The position numbers were made by a program, and so were the translations under genes. A stretch of DNA of 64,000 nucleotides from Antechinus flavipes (lineage: Eukaryota), in NCBI RefSeq assembly GCF_016432865.1, contig NC_067399.1, forward strand, positions 465,062,001-465,126,000, in the 5' to 3' direction. The notes under the pieces were generated by a model. The model saw only the letters and a program-made list of their open reading frames with translations, was not told where the DNA came from and searched no databases. Below, piece after piece: positions 36,645-48,815 of the stretch (position 1 is the stretch's first letter; the number at the start of each line of letters is the position of its first letter).

Positions 36645-37584
36645 GAATAAAGTCTATGCTAAGTAAACTTGACCTTTTTGACAAATGTTTTTATATTAAA
36701 TGTATTTCCTTATGTAGCTTTTGCTAAGCTGTTTAACAGTCTTATAGTCTTTAGTGTAATTATACATATTATCAAACTTTCAAAGTATTTGGGGTATAAT
36801 TTGCATAGGCTTCATTTAAATAACTTAATGGAAGTATTAATAAATGCCATATTAACTTAAGATTATAGGGAAATTTATGGAATCTTATTTCATGTCTTTG
36901 TGGTTAACTATATATTTGCCTTTTAATATCTGTATTTAGTTCTTGAGAAAATGTAAATATAAGGAATTGCTACTTGGTGAATGTTCCTGAAGGAAACACA
37001 AGCTTATATAGATTCAAGGGTTCATGGAGTGTTTGAGCTAAAGGGGACTTGAGAGATCCAGACCAAGATGAAGTAATGTGCCCAGAGTCACTTAAGTTAG
37101 TTGGTAGCAGAGCCAAGACTAGAAATCATTTCTCCTAGTTCCCAATCCAGTGCACTTTTCTTCATGCCCATTTACATGAGCAGTATTTGTTGTTTATTTT
37201 TTCTCTCCAGAAAAAAAGTATTATTGAATAGGTGTATAAATTGGAAATTTGTGTGACCTTAGCAGGCATCTTTTTCTGCAAAATATTAGAAAAGTAATGA
37301 TGTGACCAAATATTTCCGAGTCCATGTCCTAAATACACTTAACTGATGGGTTTTGTCCTTCAGAATCCAGTTAGATTACATTTGAAGTAGTCATCAGTTT
37401 ATAGTATTGTTAATTAAATAAGCTTTCTGGAAGATTGCCGTGGTGGTGTCAAATAAAGAGGTTTTTGAAGTTTGGCTCTTCCAATAAATGTTTTTTGGTG
37501 GTGGTGTATTTTTTTTTTCCTCTTTGATTCAGTGAATATATAAGCTTTATACAAGGTATCCCTAAAATATTAGTACAATTTTTA

Positions 37585-37729
37585 AAAAAAATTTTTTTTA
37601 CAAGGCGATTGGGGTTAAATGATTGGCCTATGGTCAAAATGCTAATATGTATCAAATGTCTAAAGCTGGATTTGAACTCAGGTGGCTTCTGACTCCAGGT
37701 TTGGCACTATCCACTGAGCCTGGCCTCTC
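37585..37729 (-). mobile_element. WSINE1-type SINE
   Basis: gattggggttaaatgattgg...ggatttgaactcagg...gactccagg...ctatccactg; imperfect TSD agtRcaatttt at 37572 and 37730. Confidence 0.75.
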
Positions 37730-37923
37730 AGTGCAATTTTAAGCATAGCATAAACTTTGGGGAACATTCTGTCTTCACTTAGTTCTGCCATTGATACTGA
37801 GAAGACTTAAATTGATCCCATATCATTTTCTCATTGTTTCTTTTTATAAGTAATTGATTTTACTCTGTAACTACTTAAATCATGATTCTTCATTTCTAAA
37901 CTTAGTTCAGAATTCAACTGATT

Positions 37924-38457
37924 TGTAATGGGTTAAGTTTAATCCAACTCTCCTGTCTCAAAGAATTTGTGACCTTGGAGGATGTGTGAGAATGCAATAG
38001 TTTTGGTCTGATATCTTTACCACCACGCAATTCTTCAAGGATGTCTGGTTTGCACTCCAAAAGTCTAGGCCACTATCTTTCACTTGCACTCAAACAGTGA
38101 GCACTTTTTAATCTCATAAAAGAAAGTGGGGGGTGGGAAGGGAGGGAGAAAGGGTATCATTGCTAGTCCTCCATTACCAGACTTCCACCCAGTGGAAGTT
38201 CATGTTCTTCTCTATGACTCAGCTCTGTAACCAGTCATGTTTCCCTTAGTTCTCTGATGTCATCTACCCTATTCTGATCTTTATTTTGTATTCCCAAAAA
38301 CCTATAAATGGGGTACTGTTCTTTTGTTCAGGGTCTTTGGCATTAATGGAGGCAAGCTACTGATCCATTTATTGGCCAAATAGCATACTCCTGCTAATAT
38401 AGGTTATGTTGCTCAGAGATCTGTTTCAGTTTACCTTTTTGTTAAAATTTAATCACA
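37924..38457 (+). mobile_element. Candidate solo LTR
   Basis: Starts TGTAA, ends CA, ~530 bp, TATA-like cctataaat at 38301-38309; no TSD found. Confidence 0.45.
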
Positions 38458-39039
38458 ACAACATTGAACTGCACGTAGTATCTTGCATAATAACTTGAGG
38501 AATCAGTTCTTCATACTTTGGACCAAAGGATTTGGAACTGGAGAAAATCTTAGAGATCATCTGGGTCTATCCATTTTACACATGAGGAAATTGAAGCCTA
38601 GAGAAACTTAAGTAATTTGTTTTATGTCACAAGATAAATGATAGTCACATTAGAAGGAAGAAAGCACACTCAGTCTTATCTAAATTCACTGCTTTTTCCA
38701 CTTCATGCCTACTTTTCGTGTGTGTGTGTATGTGTGTTTTATATATACATGTGTGTATATAAAATCTAAAAGTATGCTGACTTTGATGTGCATTTTTCTT
38801 TTAATAATTTTGCTAGATTCCTGTGTTTTGATCTCCCAAGGATTAATGATCAGTGACATTCATATGCTGTTCTCTTAGGGTTACATTTGCATACAACTTC
38901 CAGTGATCTTTAACAAAGACAAATTTTTCTGTGTATTAAAATCTGACAGGACTCATGCTTTATAAATCCTGTTGCCAAATTAGAAGCGTTTGTGGAAATT
39001 TAATTATTAGTCAGTTTTAAAGATTAAATTTGCATGACC

Positions 39040-40230
39040 CCTTTTCAAATTGTTAGGTATTTGGTACCTACTAAATATAGGGTACTGTGCATAGCAGGGA
39101 AGATAAAAGAGGAAAAAAACAGTCCCTGCTCTCAAGGAGCTTGTACTCTTTTGGGAATACAGTTGCACAGAAAAGTATAGTACCATTTGAAGATTAAATT
39201 AACAGCGCAGGGAATTGGAAAAGTTATCTCCAAGAGGTGGCCCTTAGATTGAATTTAGAATTGTGAGAGATAGACCTGAGAAGTGAATTCCAGCCCATGA
39301 GTAGATAGGAGATGTAATGCAGAACTCTGGTAACAACAGTAAATAGGCCAACTTAGTTAGAAACTTGGACTGTGTGAAGGAGAGTAGTGTGATATTATGC
39401 TTGGAAAGGTAAGTTGGAGCCAGATTTTAAATGTCTTTAAGAGCTGAGTTGAGGATTTTATTTTTTTATCCTAGATACAATAGAGAGCCTCTAAAGATTC
39501 TTGGCAGGGGAGTGATTTGGACCTGTGCTATTGAAAGATTATTTCATGGAGAGTAGGAGAGGGGAAAAGAGCCCAGAAGCAGGGAGACCAATTAGGAGAC
39601 AAAATAATCTAAACAGAGATGATAAGTTCCTGAATTAGGGTTGTAGTTGTATGAGCAGAGTGAAGGAAAAAGAAAGGAGAGAGAGGATGTATTGGTAGAA
39701 GTTTGGTGAAGTGATAAGTTTAGAAAGGAAAATAAATACTCTTTTAGACATGTAGGATCTAAGATACCTACAATATAGCCAAGTGGATTTGCCAGTGGGT
39801 GATTTTGGACTAAAACTCAGGTCAGAGTTTAGATGTATTAATTCTGGAGTCATACACATATTTATGATAACTGAATCCATGGCAACTCACCAAGAATTTT
39901 AGGATATAGTGAGAAAAGGGCCTGGAGCCCTGGAGATGATATTCAGCAGGGTAGATAAGAAAGGATCAGACCAACTGAAATAGAACTATAGAGAAGGAAT
40001 TGGTCCAATCTGTAGAAGTACAGAATTGGGGGAACCAAGAAAAGGACATCAGTTTTGACATTGAAAATCATTGATAACTTTGGAAAAAAGAGGTTGGGTT
40101 AGAAGCCATTAGATTCTAAGGAGTTGAGAAGTGAGTGGAAGTTGAGAAACTTAAGACTGAAAGTAGAGGCTTGTTCAGGAATTAGGCTATTGATTGATAA
40201 ATGATCAAAGGATATGAACAGGCAGTTTTC
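39040..40230 (-). mobile_element. L2 fragment
   Basis: ctactaaatatagggtactgtgc...agtccctgctctcaaggagctt and following L2-type purine-rich sequence. Confidence 0.65.
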
Positions 40231-40234
40231 AGAT

Positions 40235-41130
40235 AAAGAAATCAAAGCCATAGTAATCACTATTGATTAGAAAAATGCAAATTAGAACATCTCTGAAAGT
40301 GTCATCCCCTAACAGATTGACTAATGTGATAGGGAAGTTGATAAATGTTAGAAGGAATATGGGGAAATTAGGACGCCGGTATACTGTTGGTAGACTTTTG
40401 AGTTGATTAAGCCATTCTATAGAGCAGGTTGGAACTATACTCAACCCCCTTGACTCAGCAATACTACTACTAAGTCTGAATTCCAAAGAAATTTTTTTTC
40501 AAGATGGGGGTGAGAGAAGAGAGAACCTATATATATGAAAATATTTATGGCACTTTTTGTGGTGGCAAAGAATTGGAAATTAAATGAATGTCCATCAATT
40601 AAGGAATGGCTGAACAAGTTATGGTATGTGATTGTGTTAAAACATATTATGCTTGTAGCACTATTAGAAATGGTGCTATAAGAAATAGGATGGTTTCAGA
40701 AAAAAAATTGGAAAGACATATGAATTGATGCAAAGTACAGCGAATAAAACTGGGAGAACACAGTACAGAATAACAGTAATATTTTAAGATGATAAACTGA
40801 ACGATTTACTTATTCTCAGCCATAAAATCCAAGATTGTATTATATAGTCCAAGACAGTTTTGAAAGACTTATGATGAAAAATGCTATCCATTTCCCGAGA
40901 AAGAACTGAGGGAGGCTGAATGTATACTTTATTACTTTTTTTGTTTTTCCTTTTTGTTGTTATTCCATGTTTTCTTTCCTAATGTGACTATTTTGAAAAG
41001 ATGTTTTGCATGACCACATACATTTAATCATTATCAAATTGCCTTCTCAAGAAGAAAGTGGTAGGGAGAAAGAATTTGGCCCTCAAAATTTTAAAAAAAG
41101 AAATGTTTAAAAAAAAACATTTTTTATGTA
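40235..41130 (+). mobile_element. Old L1 ORF2 C-terminus and 3' UTR
   Basis: gaaaaatgcaaattagaacatctctg, atactgttggt, gcaatactactactaagtctg, ttttgtggtggcaaagaattggaaatt...tccatcaattaaggaatggctgaacaagttatggtat. Confidence 0.8.
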
Positions 41131-42199
41131 ATTTTATGTAATTGAAAGAAAACATATATGTATATGCACATATATGTATTTTAAAGGAATTCTGCTAATA
41201 GCTGCATGTTGATAGTAGGTTCTAGTAAAGGCATAAGGGAGGCATGTTTCTAGATGGGAAAAGTGGAGTAGGTAAGGAAAGATTGAAGTTGGAGGAGGTG
41301 GTAAGAGGTTAAAGAGAACTAGCATCCAGATAAGGAAACAATGGGATTATGGACAAGTAGAGGAATTAGCTTTGACAGTCGTTAAAAAATGGTTCACTAG
41401 CATGGAAACAAGAACAGTAAAGGGAGAGAGTCGAGATAACCCAGGATTGGAGGTTTATATAACATAAGTGGCTATTTCCATGATTTATACCTTATATTTC
41501 CAAATTCTGACAACTCTATAAGAACTGGTGCTTTCATAATAATAAATGTTCTGTACTGGTATGCAAAATTTCTTTTCCTTGAAAAAAAATTTTAAAATGC
41601 AGCCAGGATTGTAAGGAGCAAGTTTATCTCAGGTTAAATTAAATTGTATTGGGCAAAAGAAATCATGTTAAGCAGATTAACACTTCTGCCTAGTAGAGAT
41701 GAGTGAATCTCTTTTGCCTAGATTCAGTCCTGTTATATACTACTTCTGATTATGAATAAAATAGGATATAGCAAGTTTAAATTTATTCATATTTCTGCTT
41801 ATGACTATTTAGCCTCTTCAGGATAAGAAAAAGAATAATGATAATGCATTTTCCTACTTTATTGCAAGGTATTCAGTAATTAGAGCATAAGAAAAAAAAA
41901 CTTAGAAGATCTGGCTTTGAAACTTATCACCCATGTTTATTAGCCATATACTCCTGAACTTGTTTCCTTATCTAAAAATTGAATACTTATGCTACCTACT
42001 TCATAGAGTTGTTGAAAAATGTGAACTGCTGTTATTTATTATATCAGACAAGTGACCTTCTTAAAACCTGTAAAAAGCTATTTTCTTTTTATTTATTTTA
42101 TTTATCCTCTCTTAAACAATTTTTCAAGACAAGTTAGAAAATCTGGATTCCAATCCTAGTTCTGTTACAGTCTCATTTGCCTTGAGCAAATCAATTAAC

Positions 42200-42690
42200 T
42201 TCTAAATTTTAAAATAAGGAGATCATTAAAACCTGAGCCTGTCACTCCCCATCCTTATTCAATGAATTCTGGTGGCTCCCTAGTCATTTGTCTTACTCCT
42301 CTTCACATATTCTCCCAATCCAATGGCACTGGCCTCTTTGCTATTCTCAAATATAACATTCCATCTCTCATCTCTGTTTTCACTGGCTGTCCCTCGTCTG
42401 GAATTTTCTCCCTCTTCTCTACCTTCTGGTTTCCTTCAAGTCTCAGCCAAAACCCCTCCTTTGGCAAGAAGCTTTTTGAGGTCCCACATAATGGTAACAC
42501 TTTCCTCTGAGATAATCTCCAAATTATTCTGTATAAATCTTGTTTGAACAGTTATATGTAATATGTAACAATTTGAACATGTTATATCCTCCCATTATAC
42601 TACCTTCCTTTAGAGCAGATAGTTTTTTGCCTTTCTAGTATCTAGCGCATAGTAGGTACTTAATAAATGCTTGTTGGTTTGATTGGATAA
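42200..42690 (+). mobile_element. L2 3' end
   Basis: Ends gcatagtaggtacttaataaatgcttgttggtttgatt, the canonical L2 terminus. Confidence 0.75.
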
Positions 42691-43862
42691 GATAGATGAC
42701 ACAACTAAAAACTCTGAAATCCTATGGTTATATTAAAAAAAATCCATAGTCCTGAAAAAAGAACCCTTCCCAAAGTACATTGGGAACATTGCCTTTAGTA
42801 TTAAACTCCATATGTCTAGTATGAGTCTATTATATAGGAAGAGTCGTTGCATTTTGTGTTAGAGGACCTATAAATCTCTGCTGCTTCAAGTGATCACTTA
42901 ATGTTGTTTGACTACCTTGCTCATTCACCCTCACTTTAAAATGTTATTCCAGCCTTGTCTAGAACAAATCCTAGCTCCTCCTGCTCGTATCACTATACTT
43001 CAGAGAACGTCTTCTGCCAACTATTTTTGGTTTGCCCTCGGCATTCTGAAAATTAACAGAGGTCATTGTTAAGTTAGATAATGTTTATTATTATTTCATT
43101 TCTCTCAAGTATTGGCCACAGGTTAATTTGTTTTAATTTTCATTCAGCCACTTAGGTAAAAGAGAAATTTAATGTAGTATCCTGGAGCTGAACATAAAAG
43201 CACCTAAGCATGGTCTCATCTAAAAGGAACAGAATAATTGTTGTTGGTTGGAAAGAAAAACAATCTTTGAGTATTTCTGTAAAAGGCAAGGAATTTTTTT
43301 TTCACTTAATAACAAAAAACTATTTTTATACATAATTGGAATAAAATTAAATACTATTAAGCTTTCAGTAGTTTTCAACATTTCATCTTTATAAGATTTT
43401 GCATTCCATATTTTTTCTCCCTCTTACCTGTTCCTCCCCTTTTAAAGGAGAGGCATTCTAAAGGAATTTATTAGTATCATTTCAGTGATAACACTTCTCT
43501 AAAGGTGGGAACATCCAGGTCCAAATCCCAATTTTGCTACTAACTTCCTATGTTATTATAGGTGAGTCACTTCTGCCTTTCTGGGTTTGTTTCCTCCTCT
43601 GCAAAAATAAATAATTAATTTCTATCTCTAAATAAAATTTATAAGCAGCTCCATGTTGCTCTCATAGATTCACAATTCTAACTGGACAAATGAAGAAATC
43701 ATGTTAAGCACATTGATACTTCTTCCTAGTAGAAATGAGTCCCATGCTTTTCCCACACCACCACAGTAATTATTCCACGAAATGACTAAATTGTTTCCAT
43801 TCAGATAGAGCCCTCTTAAGAATATAATTGTTTTTTAATCCCAGACTTTTGCCTTGTGCATA

Positions 43863-43864
<2 letters not shown>

Positions 43865-43910
<46 letters not shown>
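43865..43910. repeat. (GT)23 microsatellite
   Basis: Direct reading. Confidence 0.97.
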
Positions 43911-43914
<4 letters not shown>

Positions 43915-43984
43915 CTCTACCTAGTTAACCCAGGATCTCATCATATATGTGTGTATGTATCACAATGAAGTGGAAAAAATATTT

Positions 43985-45698
43985 TTGTTATTCAGTTGTT
44001 TCTGATTCTAAATGACTCAGTGATCATAGCATGTCCAGGTCTTTCTATTCTCCACTATTTCTTGAAGTCTGTCTAAGTTCATTTCTTTGTTTCAATGATC
44101 ATTTTTTTTTCCTTTCTTTCTTTCTTTTTTGCTGAAACAATTGGGATTAAGTGACTTGCCCAGGGTCACACAGCTAGGACGTGGTAAGTGTCTGAGGTTG
44201 GATTTGAACTCGGGTCCTCCTGACTTAAGGGCTGGTGCTCTATCCACTGCACCACTTAGTCACCCTGATTATTTTCCATAATCTTATCCTCTGCCAACTC
44301 CTTTTCTTATCTACAATTTTTCCCAACATCAAGGTCTTTTTCAGTGAGTTCCATCTTCTCATTATGTAGTCAAAGTATGTAAACTTCAGCTTCAGTATTT
44401 GACTTTCCGATGAAAAACTTGATTTTTGTATGTCTTGATTGATTTGATCTCCTTCTGTGCAAAGAACTTTCAAACATCTTGTCTATCACAGTAATTTGAA
44501 AGTGTTGATTCTATTATGCTTAGCTTTCCTAATAGTGCAACTTTCACAACCATATATTGCTTCTGGAAAAACTATCTCTTAAACTGTACAAACCTTTGTC
44601 AGAAAAGTAATATCTCTGTTTTTTTAATCTGTTGTCCTGAATTATCATAGCTTTACTTCCAAGGAGCAAGTGTCTTAATTACGTGACTACAATCTATTTT
44701 GATCTTTGAATTCACGGATATAAAATCTGACAGTGCTTCCATTTCGTTTCCTTTTGTTTACTGGGAAGCAATGGGACCAGTTGCCAAGATCTTAGTTTTC
44801 TTTTGATGTTAAGTTTCTAACCAGCTTTTACACTATCTTCTTTCATCCTCATCAAGAGACTTTTTAATTCTTCATTTTTTGCCAAAATAATGGTATCATC
44901 TTCATGTTGATATTTCTCTTGGCAAACAATTCCAGCGTTTGATTCATTTTTTATAATGTACTCTTTATATAAGTTAAATAAGATAACAACATACGGCCTT
45001 GTTGTACTTTTCCAATCTTAAGCCAGACAAGTGTTCCATGTTCAGTTCTGTTGTTTATTATCCTTGTTTATTGGTCTGTAAATTCCTCAAGAGACAAATA
45101 AGATGTGATCAGGTACTCCCATCTCTGGGAGTAATTTCTACAAAATTTTGTTGTGATCCACCCAGTCAAAGGCTTTCGTGTAGTCAGTGAAACAGAAGAG
45201 GGCATTTTTCTGGAACTCCTTTGTTTTTTCCACAATCCTGCAAATGTTGACAATTTGGTCTCTAGTCTAGCTTCCTTTTCAAAAACCAGCCTGCTCTTCT
45301 CATCATTCTGAGTTCTTATGTGGCTGAAGCCTATTTTTCAGAAGCTTAAGCATAATCTTACTGGTATGTGAAATGAGTGCAACTGTTCAATAATTTGAAC
45401 ATTTCTTGGCATTATTCTTCTTTAGAATTAGGACATGAACTAATCTTTTCCAATCTAATGGCTACTGTTATACCAGCTTTTAGAGTTTTAAATAGCTCTG
45501 CTGGAATTCCATCACTTCTACTTGCCTCATTGTTAGGAAGGCTTCACAAGACCCATTTGACTTCATGCTCCATGATAATATGACTCTAGATCAGTAATCA
45601 TACCATCATGGTTATCAGGGATGTTAAGGTCTTTCTTGTATCTCCTTTTGTGCATTCTTACCCCCTCTCCTTAATCTTTTCTGCTTCTGGTAAATCCC
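43985..45698 (-). mobile_element. BovB-like RTE LINE, 5'-truncated, covering the RT domain and 3' end
   Basis: Colinear with recalled BovB consensus, e.g. cttccaaggagcaagtgtct, tataagttaaataag, ttgtgatccacccagtcaaaggctt (YAKAFD.VDH-type motif), gaaatgagtgcaactg, ctggaattccatcac; ORFs are broken. Confidence 0.85.
44106..44265 (-). mobile_element. WSINE1-type SINE inserted into the BovB/RTE element
   Basis: attgggattaagtgacttgcccagggtcacacagctagg...ctctatccactgcaccacttag; imperfect TSD tgatYatttt at 44096-44105 and 44266-44275. Confidence 0.85.
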
Positions 45699-47356
45699 TA
45701 AGAAATCTGTGGTTCAACAAAGTAACTAAAAACACTGAGTTTAAATAAAATTTAGCCACTCTCTTAATGTTTTCATTTACAGACATCTTAATTTGATTTC
45801 CATTGAAACTATTAACCTTGTAACACCTGCTGGTTTATGACATGGCTTTTCATACTATAACCCTATGAGAGATAGGTAGCACATCTCTTCTTACCTTCAT
45901 TTTAGAAATGAGAAAGCTGAGACTAAAGGAGATAAATAAGACTTGCCTAAGATTATATTGCTAATAAAAAGGCATAAGGTAGAGACAACAGTATAATGTA
46001 CCAAACTAATCCCAGATTTGTAATCCTTCAATTTAGAACCCCAAGAGATCTAATAAGAAACTTGAAATTAGAAGATCCAAGTTTGAGACTTGTTTTCCTC
46101 CCCCACCCTCAACTCTGTATTCCTGCCTTTTCATAATATGATCTTAGGTAGATCTTCTTATCTCCCTTAGCCTCAGTTTTTTCATTTCTGAAATGAAGAT
46201 AAGTAAAGATGTACTAACAGCCTTATACAGTTATTGTAGGAAAGCATGTCATAAACTGGCATGTGTTTTAAAATTAATAGTTGTAAAAAAACTAAATTAT
46301 TAGATATTTGTAAACAAAAACACTAACAGAATGGCTAAATTTCATATAAACTTTGTATTTTTAGTTAGCTTCAGTTGAACCATAGATTTCTTATGCTCAT
46401 AAAGATATCTGTCTAGTTTTTATTCTGTATTTAAACAGAAGCATTTGGTTGGAGAGTTAACAAAATAAAATGAAATCTTCCTTTCATCAAGGAATCCAAA
46501 GGAACTAACCCTCAGATTCAGAGGAAGTTATATGCATTGTTCATAATGGTTGTAGAAAGAAATTTATTTTATGAAAGAAGGGGAGGTTTTCCGTTAAGTT
46601 TTTTAGACTGTCCCATCCATCCAAGGGAAAAGCTTTTTAAGAAATATAAGTTTCAGAGACAGAAAATATGTTAACTGCTTTAGTGGAATTTTGGTAGGAT
46701 TTTTTCCTGCTTTTCATTTTAAAGGATGAATATCCACAAGTCACAATCAGTTCTAGGTTTCTTTCTTTTTGTGTCTCCAGATTCCACAAGTAATCTTAAC
46801 TACACTTATTTTTTTGGTTGAATAGAAAGGATGTAAACATAGAAAAAATATTAAGGAAACCTCTGCCAAAGGAAACCATAGGCATTTTGGTAATGCTATG
46901 ACCCAATTCTAAACTTGGTGGGGAAAAAAATTGAGAGCACATTCATCATTCTCCTACCTCATACTGCCCTTTCCTCCAAGTCCACATCTCCTTAGGATCA
47001 TTAATATTCTTTTCTGTCTTATTCCACATGCCTACTAGTCATTCTCAGTCCTACTTCTACTATAGTCTTTGAGTCATAAAAAAATATATGTGCTAGGACC
47101 TGAAGACAATACCAGTTTATCCTGACATATTGGTTAGAAAACAGTGCCTTATATTCATATGTCAACTATATTCAACTCAGTTGTTAGTATCAAGATTTCT
47201 TCCAATTCAATTAAGTCATGTATAGGAAGCCAATATTGTTTAGTTACCAATTCATTAAAATACCAGGCATTATATCTACAGATTATTTTCCATTCATTTC
47301 TTCTTGCTTTTATTTATTTCAGTGCATCTACTTCAAATTTGCATTTTTTTTTTTAT

Positions 47357-47580
47357 GTTGTTTAGTCATTTTTCAGTTGTGTCTAACTCTTTATGAGGTC
47401 ATTTGCAGTTTTCTTGGCAAAGATATTGGAGGGGTTTGCCATTTACTTCTCCAGCTCATTTTACAGATGAGGACCTGAAGCAAATGGGATTAAACGACTT
47501 GCTATGGGTAGCACAGTTAGTAAGTGAGGCCAGAAGATGAGTTTTCCTTATGCCAGACTTGGCATTCTATCTAGCTGCCC
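47357..47580 (-). mobile_element. MAR1 CORE-SINE (RTE/BovB-derived tail)
   Basis: ttcagttgtgtctaactc...ttttcttggcaaagatattggaggggtttgccatttacttctccagctcattttacagatgagg...ctagctgccc. Confidence 0.8.
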
Positions 47581-48333
47581 ACCCATATTTTTTTGCTTTA
47601 TGGGAAAAGTGGTATAACACTAGGGTAGTTCAGATCTTTGATTAGCTAGAAAGTAATTATTTTTAGAATTTTAGAATTATAGTAGTAAAGAGAATTTACC
47701 TGCTTTATATTTTGAGTACATTTTAAGGAATTCCTATTTAAAACTGAATTTTCACACCTTAGTTTTCTGTGGTCTTACTTTTTTCATATATTGGACAAGC
47801 AATATTATGTTATCACAACAGGTAGATTTGGAAAATTAAACTAAAGTGAATAAGAGCAAAGCCCAGTAATGGAGTCCTGTCCTGAGATCTGTTCTTATTC
47901 ATAAACTAAAATTTCTTTCAACTGCTATCTTGGGAAACCACTGAGTCCCAGAAGTATAAAATACCATGTCATGCTCAAACTGTGCAGATTCATATATTTA
48001 GAACTGAAAAGGACCATAACCTAATCCTTTCATTTTTTAGATGAGGAAAATGGGGTGCAGAGAAGTTACATAATCTTCATAATTATACAGGTACCTTGTA
48101 AGTGTCAACAGATCAAAATGAAATCCTCTCATTTTAGATCTCATGCTGTTTTCCACTGTCCCTTCCTCTCTCCCCTACCTCTCATTGGGAGTCCTGTGTT
48201 CTGATCATTACATTTTTAGAAGAACATTGAAATGTTAGCATAAAGGCGCATGTTGAGAATGGGGACAGAACTGGATACCATGCTATATTATTTCCAGCAG
48301 ACTTAGAATATTTATCCCCACATATTTATGTTA

Positions 48334-48815
48334 CCTGTTCCTTATCATAAGTTTTCCCATCATGGTTTCACTATATCGTGGGTGGGCATAAGAAATTATA
48401 TAGGAAATTTTGCAGAAACTACACGACATGCTAAGGCTAACAGATAATACAGAAAAGATTTGGAATCTCAGACATGTATAAAATATATTGAATAATATCA
48501 ACATTTTACCTTTTAATATTATAAATGTATACAATTTCTTTTTTAAAGTTAAAATAAATAAATTAAAGTTTGAGAAAAATGCAAAAGTCAGCAGATATCA
48601 CACAAAGGTTAGTATTTTTACTTAACATTGATTTACATATAGCCTATGACCATAAAATACTTAACCCAAATTTTACAATAAAGTCTACAAACACCCCATA
48701 AAAAAAGAAAAAAAAATCAGACTTCTTTTCTGGTACAAAGATAGGGCAAAAAAAAAATTTACGTGCATTTTCCAGATCATGCTTCTGACACTGGAGATGG
48801 GGAAGGGATAATTTG
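48334..48815. mobile_element. TcMar-Tigger-like non-autonomous DNA transposon
   Basis: 5' ttttcccatcatggtttcactatatcgtgggtgggcataagaaatt and 3' gatggggaagggataatttg|ta resemble Tigger-type termini with a TA target; TIR is degenerate. Confidence 0.5.
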
